From Emiliania huxleyi CCMP1516 (Eukaryota): a stretch of 64,000 nt of DNA. The DNA is taken from assembly GCF_000372725.1 (NCBI RefSeq), contig NW_005202368.1:216045-280044 (forward strand), in the 5' to 3' direction. A program made the translations under genes and the position numbers. The notes beneath the pieces were generated by a model. That model was not told where the DNA came from, ran no database searches, and saw only the letters and a list, made by a program, of their open reading frames with translations. This document shows positions 35,626-48,030 of the stretch, piece after piece (the first letter of the stretch is position 1; every line of letters starts with the position of its first letter).

Positions 35626-36332
35626 GATGGTCGCGTTATCTAAAGAATTTACGAAATGCCGCTCGCACAGTATCTAAAGAATTTTACTAACCACAGCAGA
35701 CTGGCTCGGACTGGCACTACAAAAGGCACGGTAGGCGACGGCCCCTTATGGGCCGTCGAAGAGGCCGGCGTACTCCTCCGGCCGACCCCCCTCCCATCCT
35801 CCCCGGGCTCTCGCTCCTCCTCCTTCGCTAGCGCCCTCGCCCCCCGCCGGCGGCGATTCCGTGCGGCCGTCGCCCCTAGCCCTAGCCCCTATGTAAAGAA
35901 TGCAAGAGAAAAGAAGTGTTTACTTCAGACAAGCTAACAGCCTAAACAGTCTTGACTAAACTCCAATGCACATCTCTCCCCGGGATATTCACCGCAGGGC
36001 GACTTGCTCTAGTCCCCGCACGGAACCCATGACGTGCGTGATCGGCTCGGTCATGCACACGACGCACATGTGAGTGGTTCAAACCTCGCCCACTGCCGTT
36101 GCCGCCGTCTGAGCAGCGGCCGCCGGCGCCTCGGCAACCTCAAGCGCTGCGAGGCGAAGCGCCGAGCGCCGACAGCTCCTCCTCCAAGGCGTCGATCGCG
36201 CCCGCGTGTGGCGTGGCGTCGTCGATCGTGATACACGCTCAAACGCTGCCTGCCCCTCCGCCTCCGCCGCCTCCGCCGCCCGCCGCCCGCCGGGTCAGCG
36301 CCGCCGCGTGGCACTCGCGTCCTCACTCGGCC

Positions 36333-38098
36333 TCAGCGCGCCACCGCGTGCGGCAGCACGTGCTCGCGCCACACGTCGGACAGCGCGCTCCAGTCCGGGC
36401 GCGCCTCGGCGCCGTCGGGCGGAGAGAGCGCGATCTGGTAGCCGATGCGCATGACCATCACCGCGTACTCGCGCGCCGCCGCGGGGAAGAGCGAGTGGCT
36501 TGCCGGCGACCACGGCGCCGCCGCCCGCCGGATCAGCGCGGCCGCCTCGCCCTCGCCGCCCGCGGCGCGCTGCAGCGGCGTCGGCCCGCCCTCGTGCAGG
36601 CTTGCGCCGCTGCGCAGCAGGGAGAGCGCGCGGGCGGCGGTGAGGGTCTCAAGGTGCGCGAGCGGCGTCCAGCCGCGGCTGGCGACCAGCCAGGCGGCGA
36701 GGTCGGCGTGGCCTTCGTTGTTTGCGGCCTCCTCGGGCGTGCCGAAGGGTGTAGCGGCGCGGGAGGCGCCATAGGAGGAGAGGAGCTTGGCAACTCGAGG
36801 TGGCCCCGGTGGCACGCAACGAGCAGCGGCGTGGCGCCTTGGGTCTGGGCTTGGTCCTTCGCCGCGCCGGTCTCGAGGAGCAGCCGGACGCAATCGAGGT
36901 GGCCATTCTGGCACGCCATGTACAGCGGCGTGACGCCTCTGGCGTTGGCCTGGTTGAGCGAAGCGCCGGCGTCGCGCAGCAGCCGGGCGATCTCGAGGTG
37001 GCCATTCTGGCACGCCATGTACAGCGGCGTGACGCCTCTGGCGTTGGCCTGGTTGAGCGAAGCGCCGGCGTCGCGCAGCAGCCGGGCGATCTCGAGGTGG
37101 CCCATCTGGCACGCGATGTACAGCGGCGTGGCGCCTCTGGTGCTAGCTTGGCCGACCGCCGCGTCAGCCTCGAGGAGCAGCCGGACGATGTCGACGTAGC
37201 CGTTCTGGCATGCCATGTACAGCGGCGTGGCGCCGTCCTCTGCGGCTTGGTTGACTGCCGCGCTGGCCTCGAGGAGCAGCCGGGCGCACTCGAGGTGGCC
37301 ATACTGGCACGCGACGAACAGCGGAGTGAAGCCATCCTTATCGGCTTGGTCGACCGCCGCGCTGGCCTCGAGGAGCAGCCGGGCGACGTCGAGGTGGCCC
37401 TTCTCGCACGCGACGTACAGCGGCGTGGCGCCATTGTCCCTGGCTTGGTTGATCGCCGCGCTGGCCTCGAGAAGCAGCCGGACGATGTCGACGTGGCCCC
37501 GAGCGCACGCGATGAACAGCGGCGTGACGCCGTCATCCCTGGCTCGGTTGATCAAAGCGCCCGCGTCGCGCAGCAGCTTGGCGATCTCGAGGTGGCCTTG
37601 GAAGCACGCGGCGATCAGCGGCGTGACGCCTCTGGTGTTGGCTTGGCCGACCACCGCGCTTGCCTCGAGGAGCAGCCGCGCGATCTCGAGGTGGCCCTTC
37701 TGGCACGCGATGTACAGCGGCGTGACGCCGTTGACGTTGGCTTGGTTGATCGCCGCGCCATCCTCGAGGAGCAGCGCGGCGATCTCAGGGTAGTCCTCCT
37801 GGCACGCGATGAACAGCGCGGCGCGGCCGGTGCCGCTCGTCGCCCCCACGCTCGCGCCGGCTTCGAGCAGCAGCCGCACCGCCTCGGCTTGCCCGTGCCG
37901 AGCGGCCCAGGTGAGGAGCGTGTCTTGCTTCTCGGTGTCGAGCCGCGCGTCGAGCTGGGCCGCGAGCGACGTGCCGCGCGTCCCACACCCGGAGAGGAAG
38001 GCGCGCAGCGCGGCCAGGTCGCCCACCGCCAGGTCGGGCAGCAGGGCTCGGCTGGCGCCGCTCATGCCGCCAGAAAGAAGAAAACGCGCACGGGCCAT
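36333..38098 (-). CDS. Ankyrin repeat protein (~12 repeats) with apparent 1-nt frameshift near 36795
   Basis: Repeated GxTPLxxACxxGHLExARLLL; HLE-LPSSS in one frame continues as VAKLLSSYGASR...WSPASHSLFP in another. Confidence 0.88.
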
Positions 38099-38229
38099 AA
38101 AGAGCTCGGCGGCAGCTCGGTGAAGCGTAAGAGCAGGGTGTGCTCCGCCTTTTGTTTGCGCGTGTTGACAACAAAGAGATTCTGAGAATTATGGGTTGAT
38201 AATTTAGAGCTGCTATTGCAATAGATCAC

Positions 38230-39621
38230 TCAACACAAGTACGCGGCATCCACGCTCGCGCCGGCGCCGCCTGCACCACTGGCACCATGCGCGCCTGGCG
38301 GTGGCCGCGCCGCCCTCAATCCAGAGTCGCTGTCCTGCGGCCCGGTCGATTCAGGCACCGCATGACGCTGCTCGCGCTGCTCACGGGCTCCGGCGGCGGC
38401 CAGGAACTCCCGGAGGGCAGCGCGCAGCGAAGGCCCTGCCTCATACCAACACGGGCTGATTGTGGCTTCATCGCGAGCGCCCTGGAGCCCAACCCACGGG
38501 CGAAGTCGCACGCCGCGCGGGAAGCCACCGACAACGAACGGCTGGTGTGAGGGGCCCGAAGAATCGTCCGCATAACGTGGGCCAATCAGCTCGCCCCCAT
38601 TCACGCGCATGTAGAGCTGCGAACCGTTGGCGTCCCAAATGATCTCGACGTCTGCCTGGAGCCGCTCGGCTCCAGCGGCGCGGCAATGGCGCAGCTCTTT
38701 GCCGTTGGGCGCGTTTGCCACAGCGACAAATGTATTCCTTGTGCCGGCGCCACAAGCGGGCGGCCCAGGTTTACCACCCTTGTTGAAGTGGATCGCGTTT
38801 CCGTTGCCGAACGGATAGCCGGCTGGCGGCGGCGAGAACGTGCGCCAGTAGCCAAACCCTTCCGGCCCACGCGAGAGGCACCGCAGCGAGCCGCCAGCCA
38901 GATACAGTGCCCAGCTCATGCCGATGCGCTCGCAGCTCACGCCCACACTCACCGTTGTCCAGTCGTCGGTGATGAGGCGGACTGTCCACGCGATGGTCCC
39001 TTTGCCCGGCAGCGGTGGGCCGGCCACCCAACCAGCGCCATTGCCCTTCTGCTGACGCACTGTGCGCCCGTCCTTGCTTAGCGTGACGTCGGACGCGAGG
39101 CCCTCGTGGCCCTGATTTGGAGCCCTCCGCGGCGCACGGAGCTCCGCAGGCCCAAGCCAGCGTTGCACGGCCTGTGGCTCGCCGTTGCCCACCGGAGGGC
39201 CGAAGACGCGCATGAACGGCGGCGCGTCCGCGGGCTCGGCCTCGTCCAGCCAGCGCAGGCGGCGCAGATGCACCCACTCGCGCAGCGCCTTGCACAGGAA
39301 ACGCGCGTGCTGGCAGGTGCGCAGCAGACGCAGCACGCTCGGAGGGTCGCGTCGGAGCAGCCATAGGCCGACTTGCTCAATCACCTCGGGCGGCAGATTC
39401 AAAAGGTGCGGCACCAGCTGCAGATTGCTTGAGCGCAGCTTGATCGCCTCGGTCGGCCCGACTGCCACCATGTAACGGCCGCTGGCTTCGTGGAAGCCAA
39501 GGATCGTCGCTTGCTTCCCGTTGAGGTCTTGGCGGCTCTTCAGGTTTTCGACTCTCACAACGTCGCCTTTGGAGAAGGTCGGGTCGGGCGGGACCGTCGC
39601 GGGAGATGAAGCACCAGCCAT
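38230..39621 (-). CDS. SH3-like 'LNG' module + F-box-like + SPRY-like protein
   Basis: GDVVRVENLKSRQDLNGKQATILGF..GRYMV; LLNLPPEVIEQV; WTVRL..VSVGV, LYMRVNG, LRPWVGL. Confidence 0.65.
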   Translation of the reverse strand: MAGASSPATVPPDPTFSKGDVVRVENLKSRQDLNGKQATILGFHEASGRYMVAVGPTEAIKLRSSNLQLVPHLLNLPPEVIEQVGLWLLRRDPPSVLRLLRTCQHARFLCKALREWVHLRRLRWLDEAEPADAPPFMRVFGPPVGNGEPQAVQRWLGPAELRAPRRAPNQGHEGLASDVTLSKDGRTVRQQKGNGAGWVAGPPLPGKGTIAWTVRLITDDWTTVSVGVSCERIGMSWALYLAGGSLRCLSRGPEGFGYWRTFSPPPAGYPFGNGNAIHFNKGGKPGPPACGAGTRNTFVAVANAPNGKELRHCRAAGAERLQADVEIIWDANGSQLYMRVNGGELIGPRYADDSSGPSHQPFVVGGFPRGVRLRPWVGLQGARDEATISPCWYEAGPSLRAALREFLAAAGAREQREQRHAVPESTGPQDSDSGLRAARPPPGAHGASGAGGAGASVDAAYLC

Positions 39622-39664
39622 GGCTCTGCTGAGGGAAGCGCCCAGTGTGGGCGACGCTCGCACC

Positions 39665-39704
39665 ACAGTGTGTTCATCTTTCTACATACATACATACAGT
39701 GTGT
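39665..39704 (+). mobile_element. Ultra-truncated retroelement tail TTCATCTTTC(TACA)n with 9-bp TSD ACAGTGTGT
   Basis: TSD at 39665-39673 and 39696-39704; insert equals the extreme 3' end of the 59856 copy. Confidence 0.75.
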
Positions 39705-39839
39705 GTCACCACACTCCTGTGCTGGCGTCCGGGTCCCAGCGGGGTTTTCTTCGACTCTTCCTTGGATGTCGGCGGAGTAGTCAATATCGGCGGAGCCCGA
39801 GTCGATCTCGGTGGAGCCCGAGTCGATAGCGGCGGATAG

Positions 39840-41062
39840 CAAGGGCGTGCGCCGCCAAACGCCTACTTCACCCGCCATGTCGATCCCTGCCCACTCCCGA
39901 GCGTGTGCACGTGACAAGCCCTTCCGGGAGGATGGTCAAGCCCTTCGCCTGAACGAAAAGCCGAATGCGGGCGACATCACCGGGTCGCACAGCTACACGA
40001 ACTACACCAGCGAGGTCCACGAGTGTGCCTCGCTCGGCACGTGCGGCTACGTCGATGATCAACCGTTCAACTCGTCGCGGGTCGTCGGATCGCAGCTCTA
40101 CAATGTGCGCCTACTGACCGCCCGGTTCCCACCCCTTCTCACGCCCGCGCAGCACCGCCCTGTCTGTTCTCACTTCATCTTTACGCACCACTCAGCAAGG
40201 CACGCGGCCGGCGACGGAGGCGGCAGAGGGGCCGGAGGACAAGTGGCGATAAACTGACGGCAAGATGACGATTAAGGTCGGCTATCAGCCGCCCCTCCCC
40301 TCCCCCCCGGGGTGGCACTCGGCAGCCGCAACAGTGGCCCGGTCCGGCCCCGCAGACCATGATCGAAGACATTCGCATCGCCAAGCAAAAGGGCAGCACG
40401 CCCTTCTTCATCGCCGCCGGGTATAACCGGCCGCACCTGCCGTTCGCGTGCCCGAAGCAGTACTGGAACATGCGAACGGCAACAAGGGGTTGTGGGCCAA
40501 GCACTCGATGTACGAGACGGACCTGCATGTGCCGATGATGATCAAGGCGCCCGGCTACTCCCCAGCGCGCGTTCCGGCTATGGTGGAGAACATCGACCTC
40601 TACCCGACCATCCTCGACCTCATCGGCGTCCCTGCGCCGTCGCACGTGCAAGGCACATCACTGTTGCCGCTGCTGATGGAGCCGAACCTTCTCCGTCGCG
40701 AAAGGCCGTTTCGCGCGGCATCAGAGCAACTTCGGGCCTGCATTTCCCCATTCGCCACCTAAAAAAAGAAAGCGGAGTGACGGCACGCATAGGTACCTCG
40801 ACAGCGACACAATCCGTTACGAGGACGAGCAATTCTCCGAGTACTGCAGCCACACTTGTTGGACCATCGATACGTGCAGGCAGTCGTGCAGGGTGACCTC
40901 TTCGATCGACGGACTTCATGTACTACGACCACACCTGTAAGAGGATCGACGGACTTCATGTCTTACAGAGGATCCTCTGGCGCGCGGAGAGAGAGAGGGG
41001 GGGAGAGAGAGGGAGGGAGGGAGGGAGGGAGGGAGGGAGGGAGAGAGAGAGAGAGAGAGAGA

Positions 41063-41094
<32 letters not shown>

Positions 41095-41300
41095 CGATGC
41101 CTCCGCTACGCGTAGAGAGATAGAGGCAACATGCAGCACGCTAAGGGCTCCCGGCCTGTATCCCTGCAGGAGAACTTGAACCGCGCCGACGATCCCTCCT
41201 ACTCAAGGAAGGTGACTCAGATGCGAAGCGACTTGCAAGCTCACAAGAAGTCGCGAGGGTCACCGGGCTACGGCTTTACTACGTACTGGAGTCGCTGGCT
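39840..41300 (+). pseudogene. Iduronate-2-sulfatase/choline sulfatase-like pseudogene fragment
   Basis: PFFIAAGYNRPHLPFACPKQYW joined out of frame to WAKHSMYETDLHVPMMIKAPG...IDLYPTILDL...QGTSLLP; ENLNRADDPSY; no CxPSR motif seen and the middle (SDHG region) is missing. Confidence 0.75.
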
Positions 41301-42028
41301 AGCAGCGAGCTCGGCATTCTTACCCGAGCCGCGAGCCAACGAACTCTCTCTCTTGCACACTTCCGTCGACGTACTGGTCGTATGTGTCGATAATGTGAGC
41401 GACCCAGATAATACGGGCCTGCCACGGTACATCTGCAGCTGCAGCTGAAGATCCGTGGGAGAGCTCAGAGGCTGGGAGAGGGAAGGTGCCGGCACCGCTG
41501 CATCGCCAGCCCATGACCTTCCCATAGATTTCGCGTCTTTCAAACTACAGAAATGTGTTTCACAAATTATAAGAAAATATTGCCGTCACACCTTGGCCAA
41601 CTGCGCCGGTGCGACGACATGCTGCCGCGGTCTTCCGCAAACTACTGGTACTGTCAGGCGAGTGCACCGACGACGAGATATGACCATGGGCACTTGCATG
41701 TGTGCTCAGGGCACCTCAGGGCTGCTGCGTGACGCGTGGCTCGGCTCCGCGTGTCCGCGATCATGCTCTATTCCGTGATCATGCTCTATGTGCGGGCCCG
41801 GCGGCCTGGTCTGGACCCGAGCAGGTAGAGCAGGAGTGAGGAGATAGCAGGAAGGCACATACGAGTCACCAGGCACGAGGCACGAACGGAAAGACGTACA
41901 ACTGTGTGGCACAGGTACAAGCGAGGAGGTACAACCGTCTGGTGGAGTCGACGCAGAGATACACGGGCTCGGAGGAAACTCAAGTGTGGCAGCGGTGCAG
42001 TACGGGGCAGAGGTGCCGGAGCTGCAAA

Positions 42029-42860
42029 TCAGGCCACGATGGTGACGTCGGCTGCTCGGCGGAGGGTGTGGAGAGAGGGTGAGAGAGGGTGGCAGAGGGG
42101 GTCAGCCTGTCAGCGCGCGCATGCGGAGAGAGGGGGCGGTGCGGGGCGTGCGCACCGCACGTGCTCCACACCTGGTCTGTCTGCTCGCAGTCCCAGCGCC
42201 AGGAGAGGACAAAGTCGCCCCGCAAGCCGGCGGGCACACGCAGCAAATCCGTGACCAGCACGGGAGGCAGGTCGCCGTATCCATACAAGTCGTCGGCCGG
42301 CACCGCAAACTGAGTGCCCGTTGGGCAGCGCGGCGGCGGGTCCTCCTGCAGGGGAAGGCTCCAAGAAGGCTCGCAAACGCGAACCCCCAACCCGCTCCCC
42401 TCTGCGGCGGGCTGTCCTGCTGCTCGTACGCCCGCTGCGCGCCCCACGCCACCGCCTCCTCCGCCGCCTCCCACGCCCAAGCGTCCTCCCGCGCAAGCCT
42501 CGCCGCCGCCGCACCGCCTCCCGCCTCCCTCAGGACGCGCCTCGGCAGCAGGGCGGTGCCGCCGTCACCGCCCCGTGCGCCACCCCCGCCCTCGCCGTCG
42601 CCCTCGCTACCGCCGCCCTCGCCGCCGGCCGTGTTGCCCTTGCTGCTGCCGCCGCCGCCGCCATTGCCACCGGCGCTACCGCCGCCCGCGTGACAGCCCT
42701 CTCCGAGGTCGCAGTTGCACGCGGGGAAGGGAAGCCGCCTGCAGGAAGGCTCCGGGAAGGTTCCGGCACGGCTCCACATCGCAGCTGCACGCGGGGGAAG
42801 GGGGCACGCACCGCCACTGCGACCGAGCGGGCGTGGTGCCTGGGGCGCAATAGGCACAGG
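42029..42860 (-). CDS. LPMO-like (chitin-binding type-4 / AA10-AA15-like) protein, C-terminal exons; N-terminus not found
   Basis: GTTPARSQWR|RLPFPACNCD; VTDLLRVPAGLRGDFVLSWRWDCEQTDQVWSTC|ADVTIVA*. Confidence 0.65.
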
Positions 42861-43907
42861 CACAGGTGACAGGTGGCGGGGTGGGCGGCGGCATTGCGTT
42901 GTGCAATCCGCTCACACTTGGGGCGATGGCGCTTCCTCTTTTCCGCGCCCCCCCCGCAAGGCGCGCGATACACAGGGGCACTGGATAGGGTCGATTCCGC
43001 ATAGTACGGGAGACCCCGCTCAAACTGGCATACGGCTTTATATGCTGAGGACAAGACTCAAGAGCGCGTGTGGGCCGCTGCCTCTCCGCTTGAGCACGGG
43101 CTTTTTTCACACAGGATCGGTGTGGGTCAAGAGACAAACAAAGACAAAAAACTTTTGGTGTGTTATGCGATCAAGATCCAAGTGGGCTGGAGGTTTACTC
43201 TATGTGCACACCGCCTACTCGATGGACGCTGCCGGCCTACCATGGATGCTACCGACCCGAGACCGCCTAGATAGCCCCAATCGATCGCTGTGCGAACCTC
43301 CTCCCTCCCATCCAACCCCCCCCCCCCCCCCCCCCCCTGCCCCCCCAGTCTCGACCCCTCCTCTTGACTTCACCCTTCGCGCCTGCGCCCGCGCCACTGC
43401 TGCAACTCCAGCCCTACTAGACCACCTCACTGCTGCTGCGACGCGGCCGCCGCACGCAGCGCCGCGCGCTCCTCGCTGTAGAGCCGGTCTAGGATGGCAG
43501 CCTCCTCCGCCTCCGCCTCCGCCTCGTCCGCCGAGCTGTCGGCCGCGCCGTCTCCGAGGGTCCCGCCGGGCTGCCCGCCACCAGGGTACCCGCCATCGCG
43601 CGGCATGTACCCCTCCCTAGCCTACAGTGAATACGCCAACCTCAGGGCGGGAGCTCTGTGTGATGCGCAGTGTCTTCAGAGACGGCGGAGGCGGAGACCG
43701 CGGGAGACAGCCTCATGCGGCCGAATACAGTTGGAGTACGTACCCCCCCCCCCCCCCTCGGGCGCTACTTAAAAGACGAGACTGCGTCTTCCGCCTCTAG
43801 ACTCCCGCGCCACCCTCGTCGGCGCGCCTCCCCGGCTCTGCACGAGTGCGGCCGGCACGGGACGAGCGGCCGGTGGCGCCTGCTGTGCGAGTGCGCCGAT
43901 TGACCCG

Positions 43908-44286
43908 CGGGTCATCTCGGGTCATCTCGGGTCATCTCGGGTCATCTCGCGTCATCTCGCGTCATCTCGGTTCAGCTCGGGTCATCTCGGGTCATCTCGC
44001 GTCATCTCGCGTCATCTCGGTTCAGCTCGGGTCATCTCGGGTCATCTCGGGTCATCTCGGGTCATCTCGGGTCATCTCGTTGTCATCTCGGGTCATCTCG
44101 TTGTCATCTCGGGTCATCTCGGTGTCATCTCGGTGTCATCTCGGGTCATCTCGGGTCATCTCGGGTCATCTCGGGTCATCTCGGGTCATCTCGGGTCATC
44201 TCGTTGCCATCTCACGCGCTCGCCGAGTGGGGCGGGGAGCAATCTCGGCCAATCTCGGCCAGTCTCGGGTAATCTCGGGTAATCTC
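43908..44286. repeat. GGGTCATCTC 10-mer minisatellite, probably intronic
   Basis: Visible tandem array. Confidence 0.95.
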
Positions 44287-44763
44287 GCGCCTCGCGCGAA
44301 CAGAGGTACACATCGAGAGGAGACGTCGCCGCCGTGCCGTCGCATGCCGCCGCCTTTTCCGCCGCCTTTTCCGCCGCCTTTTCCGCCGCCTTTGCCGCCG
44401 CCTCCGCCTCGTCCGCCGCCGCCTCCGCCGCCGCCTCCCCCGCCGCCGCCGCTGCCGCGTCCTCTTCAGCCGGAAATGGCTCCGCGGAGTCGGCGGAAGG
44501 AGCGGCGCCGGCGNNNNNNNNNNNNNNNNNNNNNNNNNNNNNNNNNNNNNNNNNNNNNNNNNNNNNNNNNNNNNNNNNNNNNNNNNNNNNNNNNNNNNNN
44601 NNNNNNNNNNNNNNNNNNNNNNNNNNNNNNNNNNNNNNNNNNNNNNNNNNNNNNNNNNNNNNNNNNNNNNNNNNNNNNNNNNNNNNNNNNNNNNNNNNNN
44701 NNNNNNNNNNNNNNNNNNNNNNNNNNNNNNNNNNNNNNNNNNNNNNNNNNNNNNNNNNNNNNN

Positions 44764-46089
44764 GCTGCTCACGGCCGGCGGCGGCGAGCTGCTCACGCTG
44801 GCCGCGGCGGCGGCGGACTCTGAGGAGCGGCGGCGGGAGAGCGAGGGCTTCGTCGGCACGGCGGCGGACTCTGAGGAGCGGCGGCGGGAGAGCGAGGGCT
44901 TCGTCGGCAGGGTGGGTGGGCGTGGGCCGCCGGCGGGGGCATAGCCCGGCGCTGTCAGGCGCGACGCCAGCTGGGATGCCTCCTCGAGTGAGAGCGGCGC
45001 CCTCCTCTCCCCGCCCTCGAGCCGCCAGGCCTCGCTACGGTCTGCGCTCCACGCGACGCCCTCGCCTTCCGCTCCGCCGTGGTGCCACGAGAGCTCCGCC
45101 TCGCCGCTCGCGTACGTGTACGTCGCCGGCCCCGTCATGACGCCGCCGTCCCACCGTCCTTCGCACGCGTCGCCGTTCGAGTACTCCATTCGGCCGTCGC
45201 CGTGTCGCAAGCCACGCGCATACTCTCCCGTGTAGACGTCGCCAGTGTCGTAAAAGTACGAGCCGCGCCCGTTCCGCTCCCCAGCAAAGAAGCCGCCGAC
45301 GTACCGCTCCCCGTTCGCCTCGACATACGCGCCGCTCCCTTGCATCTGCCCGTGCACCCACTCACCCTCGTACTGGCCCCGCCCGCCGGCAAAGACCATA
45401 GCCCCTCGCCCGTGCGGATTCCCTTTACGGTCGCGTGGCCCCTCGCCCGAAGGAACGCCGGCAACCAGCTTGAGGCAGTACACGTCCCCTTCCGATCGCA
45501 CCAGCTGCACCAACGCGCCGCCGCCGCGCGCCAGCGCGCCGCCGCCGCCGCCGCCCTCACCCTCCTCCTCCGGGTCGCGAACCCAGTGCAGCAGGCAGCG
45601 CAGCAAGCTTCCCGGCCTCTGGCCGCCGCCGCCGCCGCCTTCCGACAACACACCGCGCGCCGCCGCGCCGCCACCGCCACCTCCTCCTCCGCCGAGGACG
45701 GAGTCGTCGCCGATCAGCACGGCGTCGCCATCCTCGACGGCGTCATCGCCGCCCTTCGCCTCGAGCCTCGCCTCGAGCGCCGCTGCGCGCGACTCCGACG
45801 CCTCGAGCCGAGACTCGAGGTCGGCGGTGCGCCGCCTCTCGCTCTCGAGCTGGCGGAGGAGCTGCTCCACCGTCGCCGTCCGATGCAGCAAATCCGCGAC
45901 ACGGATGAAGCGTCCGCCTTGGCCCACGGCTGAAGCCTCAACCGCCGCCTCCTCCGCTGCGGCCTCGGCCTCGGCCGCTGCTATCGACGCCGCGCTCGCA
46001 GTCTCGACTGGCGTGCGAGGCGTGTGCGCCGTCGGCGCGTCGAATGGGTCGTCCTCTTCGTCGTCCGATGGCGGCGGCGGGCTGGACAT
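44764..46089 (-). CDS. MORN repeat protein with coiled coil; 3' end lost in gap
   Basis: Repeated YEGEWVHGQMQGSG, YVGGFFAGERNGRG, YTGEYARGLRHGDG. Confidence 0.88.
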
Positions 46090-46479
46090 AGGTGTGACCA
46101 AGACTGAGTGTGGCCTCGCTAAAGGACACTCTCGCGAGGTTTCGGGTATCCCGTCTAGTGTTTTTTCAGTGTATGTAGCTCTTACGAACATACCCGTAGG
46201 TGAACTGCTGACGGGGTTTGCGATGAGGAGCGATCCGAACGTGGTATTCGGGTGATTAGATCACTACCGCCGAAGCGCAAGCGCTTGGAGCAAGGGAACT
46301 GCCACGTATGGGTCCCAGACTAGCACCCCACCTCGCGAGCCGACGTTCTGGCTCAGCGAGGCTGCTGCGGAGCACTCGGGGCCGACGTTCTGGCCCAGCG
46401 AGGCCGCTGTGGGGCACCCGGCGGCTCGGTTCGCTCATCAGCGCAAACTCGGTCGAGCAGAAAGTAAGGTGTGTGTGTA

Positions 46480-48030
46480 AAGGCGGCGCGGCACGGTAAG
46501 GGTCGGCGGTAAGGCGGCGCGGCGGCAGCAGACGGCAGGCAGGACATCGGACGGCGGGACATACGGTACGGCGGGCGCGGCACTGTAGGAGCGGCGGTAT
46601 GGCGGCACGGCGGTTACGGACGGCAGGGGGTACGGCAGGCTAAACGGCAAGGGCGGCGCGGCACGGAGGAAGGAGCGGCACGGTAAGGAACGGGGGTACG
46701 GCAGGCTAAACGGCAAGGGCGGCGCGGCACGGAGGAAGGAGCGACACGGTAAGGAACGGTGGCGCGACGGCAGACCACAGCGGCGAAGGGACGGCGGAGC
46801 ATTGGACGGCGGGGAAAGGGTCGGCGGTAAGGCGGCGCGGCGGCAGCAGACGGCAGGCAGGACGTCTCGGACGGCGAGACAAACGGCACGGCGTCACGAG
46901 GAGGTAGAAAGTCGGGCGCGAGCGGGCGAGGCAGCGGCGAGGCGGCGGGTTGATCACGAGGAAGTAGAAGGTCGAGCGCGAACGTGCGAGCGAGCGGCAG
47001 GCGAGCGGCTAGGCGGCGGGGGGGCGAGGCGAGGGTGGCGGCGGTGGATCACGAGGAAGTAGAAGGTCGAGCGCGAACGTGCGAGCGAGCGGCGAGCGAG
47101 CGGCTAGGCGGCGGGAGGGCAAGGCGAGGGTGGCGGCGGTGGATCACGAGGAAGTAGGAGGTCGAGCGCGAGCGAGCGAGCGAGCGGCGAGATGGATCAC
47201 GAGGAAGAGAAAGTCNNNNNNNNNNNNNNNNNNNNNNNNNNNNNNNNNNNNNNNNNNNNNNNNNNNNNNNNNNNNNNNNNNNNNNNNNNNNNNNNNNNNN
47301 NNNNNNNNNNNNNNNACAAGCGGCCGAAATGGGTCCACGAGGAAGTAAAAAAGTGGGGAGCGGGCGAAGCGAAACGACGAGCGAGAGGCGCCGAGGCGGC
47401 GGGAAGGGTGAGGCGAAGGGTGGTGGCGGTTCGGATTCACGAGGAAGTAGAAAAGTTGGGAGCGGGCGAGCGAACGGCGAGCGAGAGCGGCGAGGCGGCG
47501 GGAGGGTGAGGCGAGGGTGGTGGCGGTTCGGATCACGAGGAAGTAGAAAGTCGGGCGGGCGAGCAAGCGGCGAGCGAGCAGCAAGGCGGCGGGAGGGTGA
47601 GGCGAGGGTGGATCACGAGGAAGGAGAGATTCGGGCGATCACGAGGGAGTAGAAAGCCAGGCGCGAGCGGGCGAGCGAACGGCGAACGGCGAGCGAGAGC
47701 GGCGAGGCGGCGGGAGGGCGAGGCGAGGGTGGTGGCGGGAGGAGGGGGCGAGGGCGAGGGCGGGCGGGCGATAGGCGGGACGACAGGGCGGCGGCCAAGC
47801 TGGCGTGGTGGTCGGCGAGAGGCGGCGAGGGCGGGCAGGCGACAGGCGAGACGACAGGGCGGCAGGCAAGCTGGCGTGGCGGTCGGCGGGAGGCGGCGGG
47901 AGGTGAAAGGCAAGGGCGATGGCGGGCGGGCGAGAGGCGACAGAGACGACGGGTTGGCGGACGAGCTGGCGGCGGGTCGGCGGGCGGAGGCGGGAGGCGG
48001 GAGGCGAGGGCGAGGGCGGGCAGTAGAGCG
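46480..48030. repeat. Purine-rich complex satellite with recurring GATCACGAGGAAGTAGAA core
   Basis: About 10 core copies in 46893-47660 plus paired ~50-nt repeats at 46498/46817 and 46626/46692. Confidence 0.85.

Noticed and set aside
46893..47660. CRISPR array
   Set aside because: Eukaryotic context, irregular spacing, spacers low-complexity and mutually similar, no cas genes
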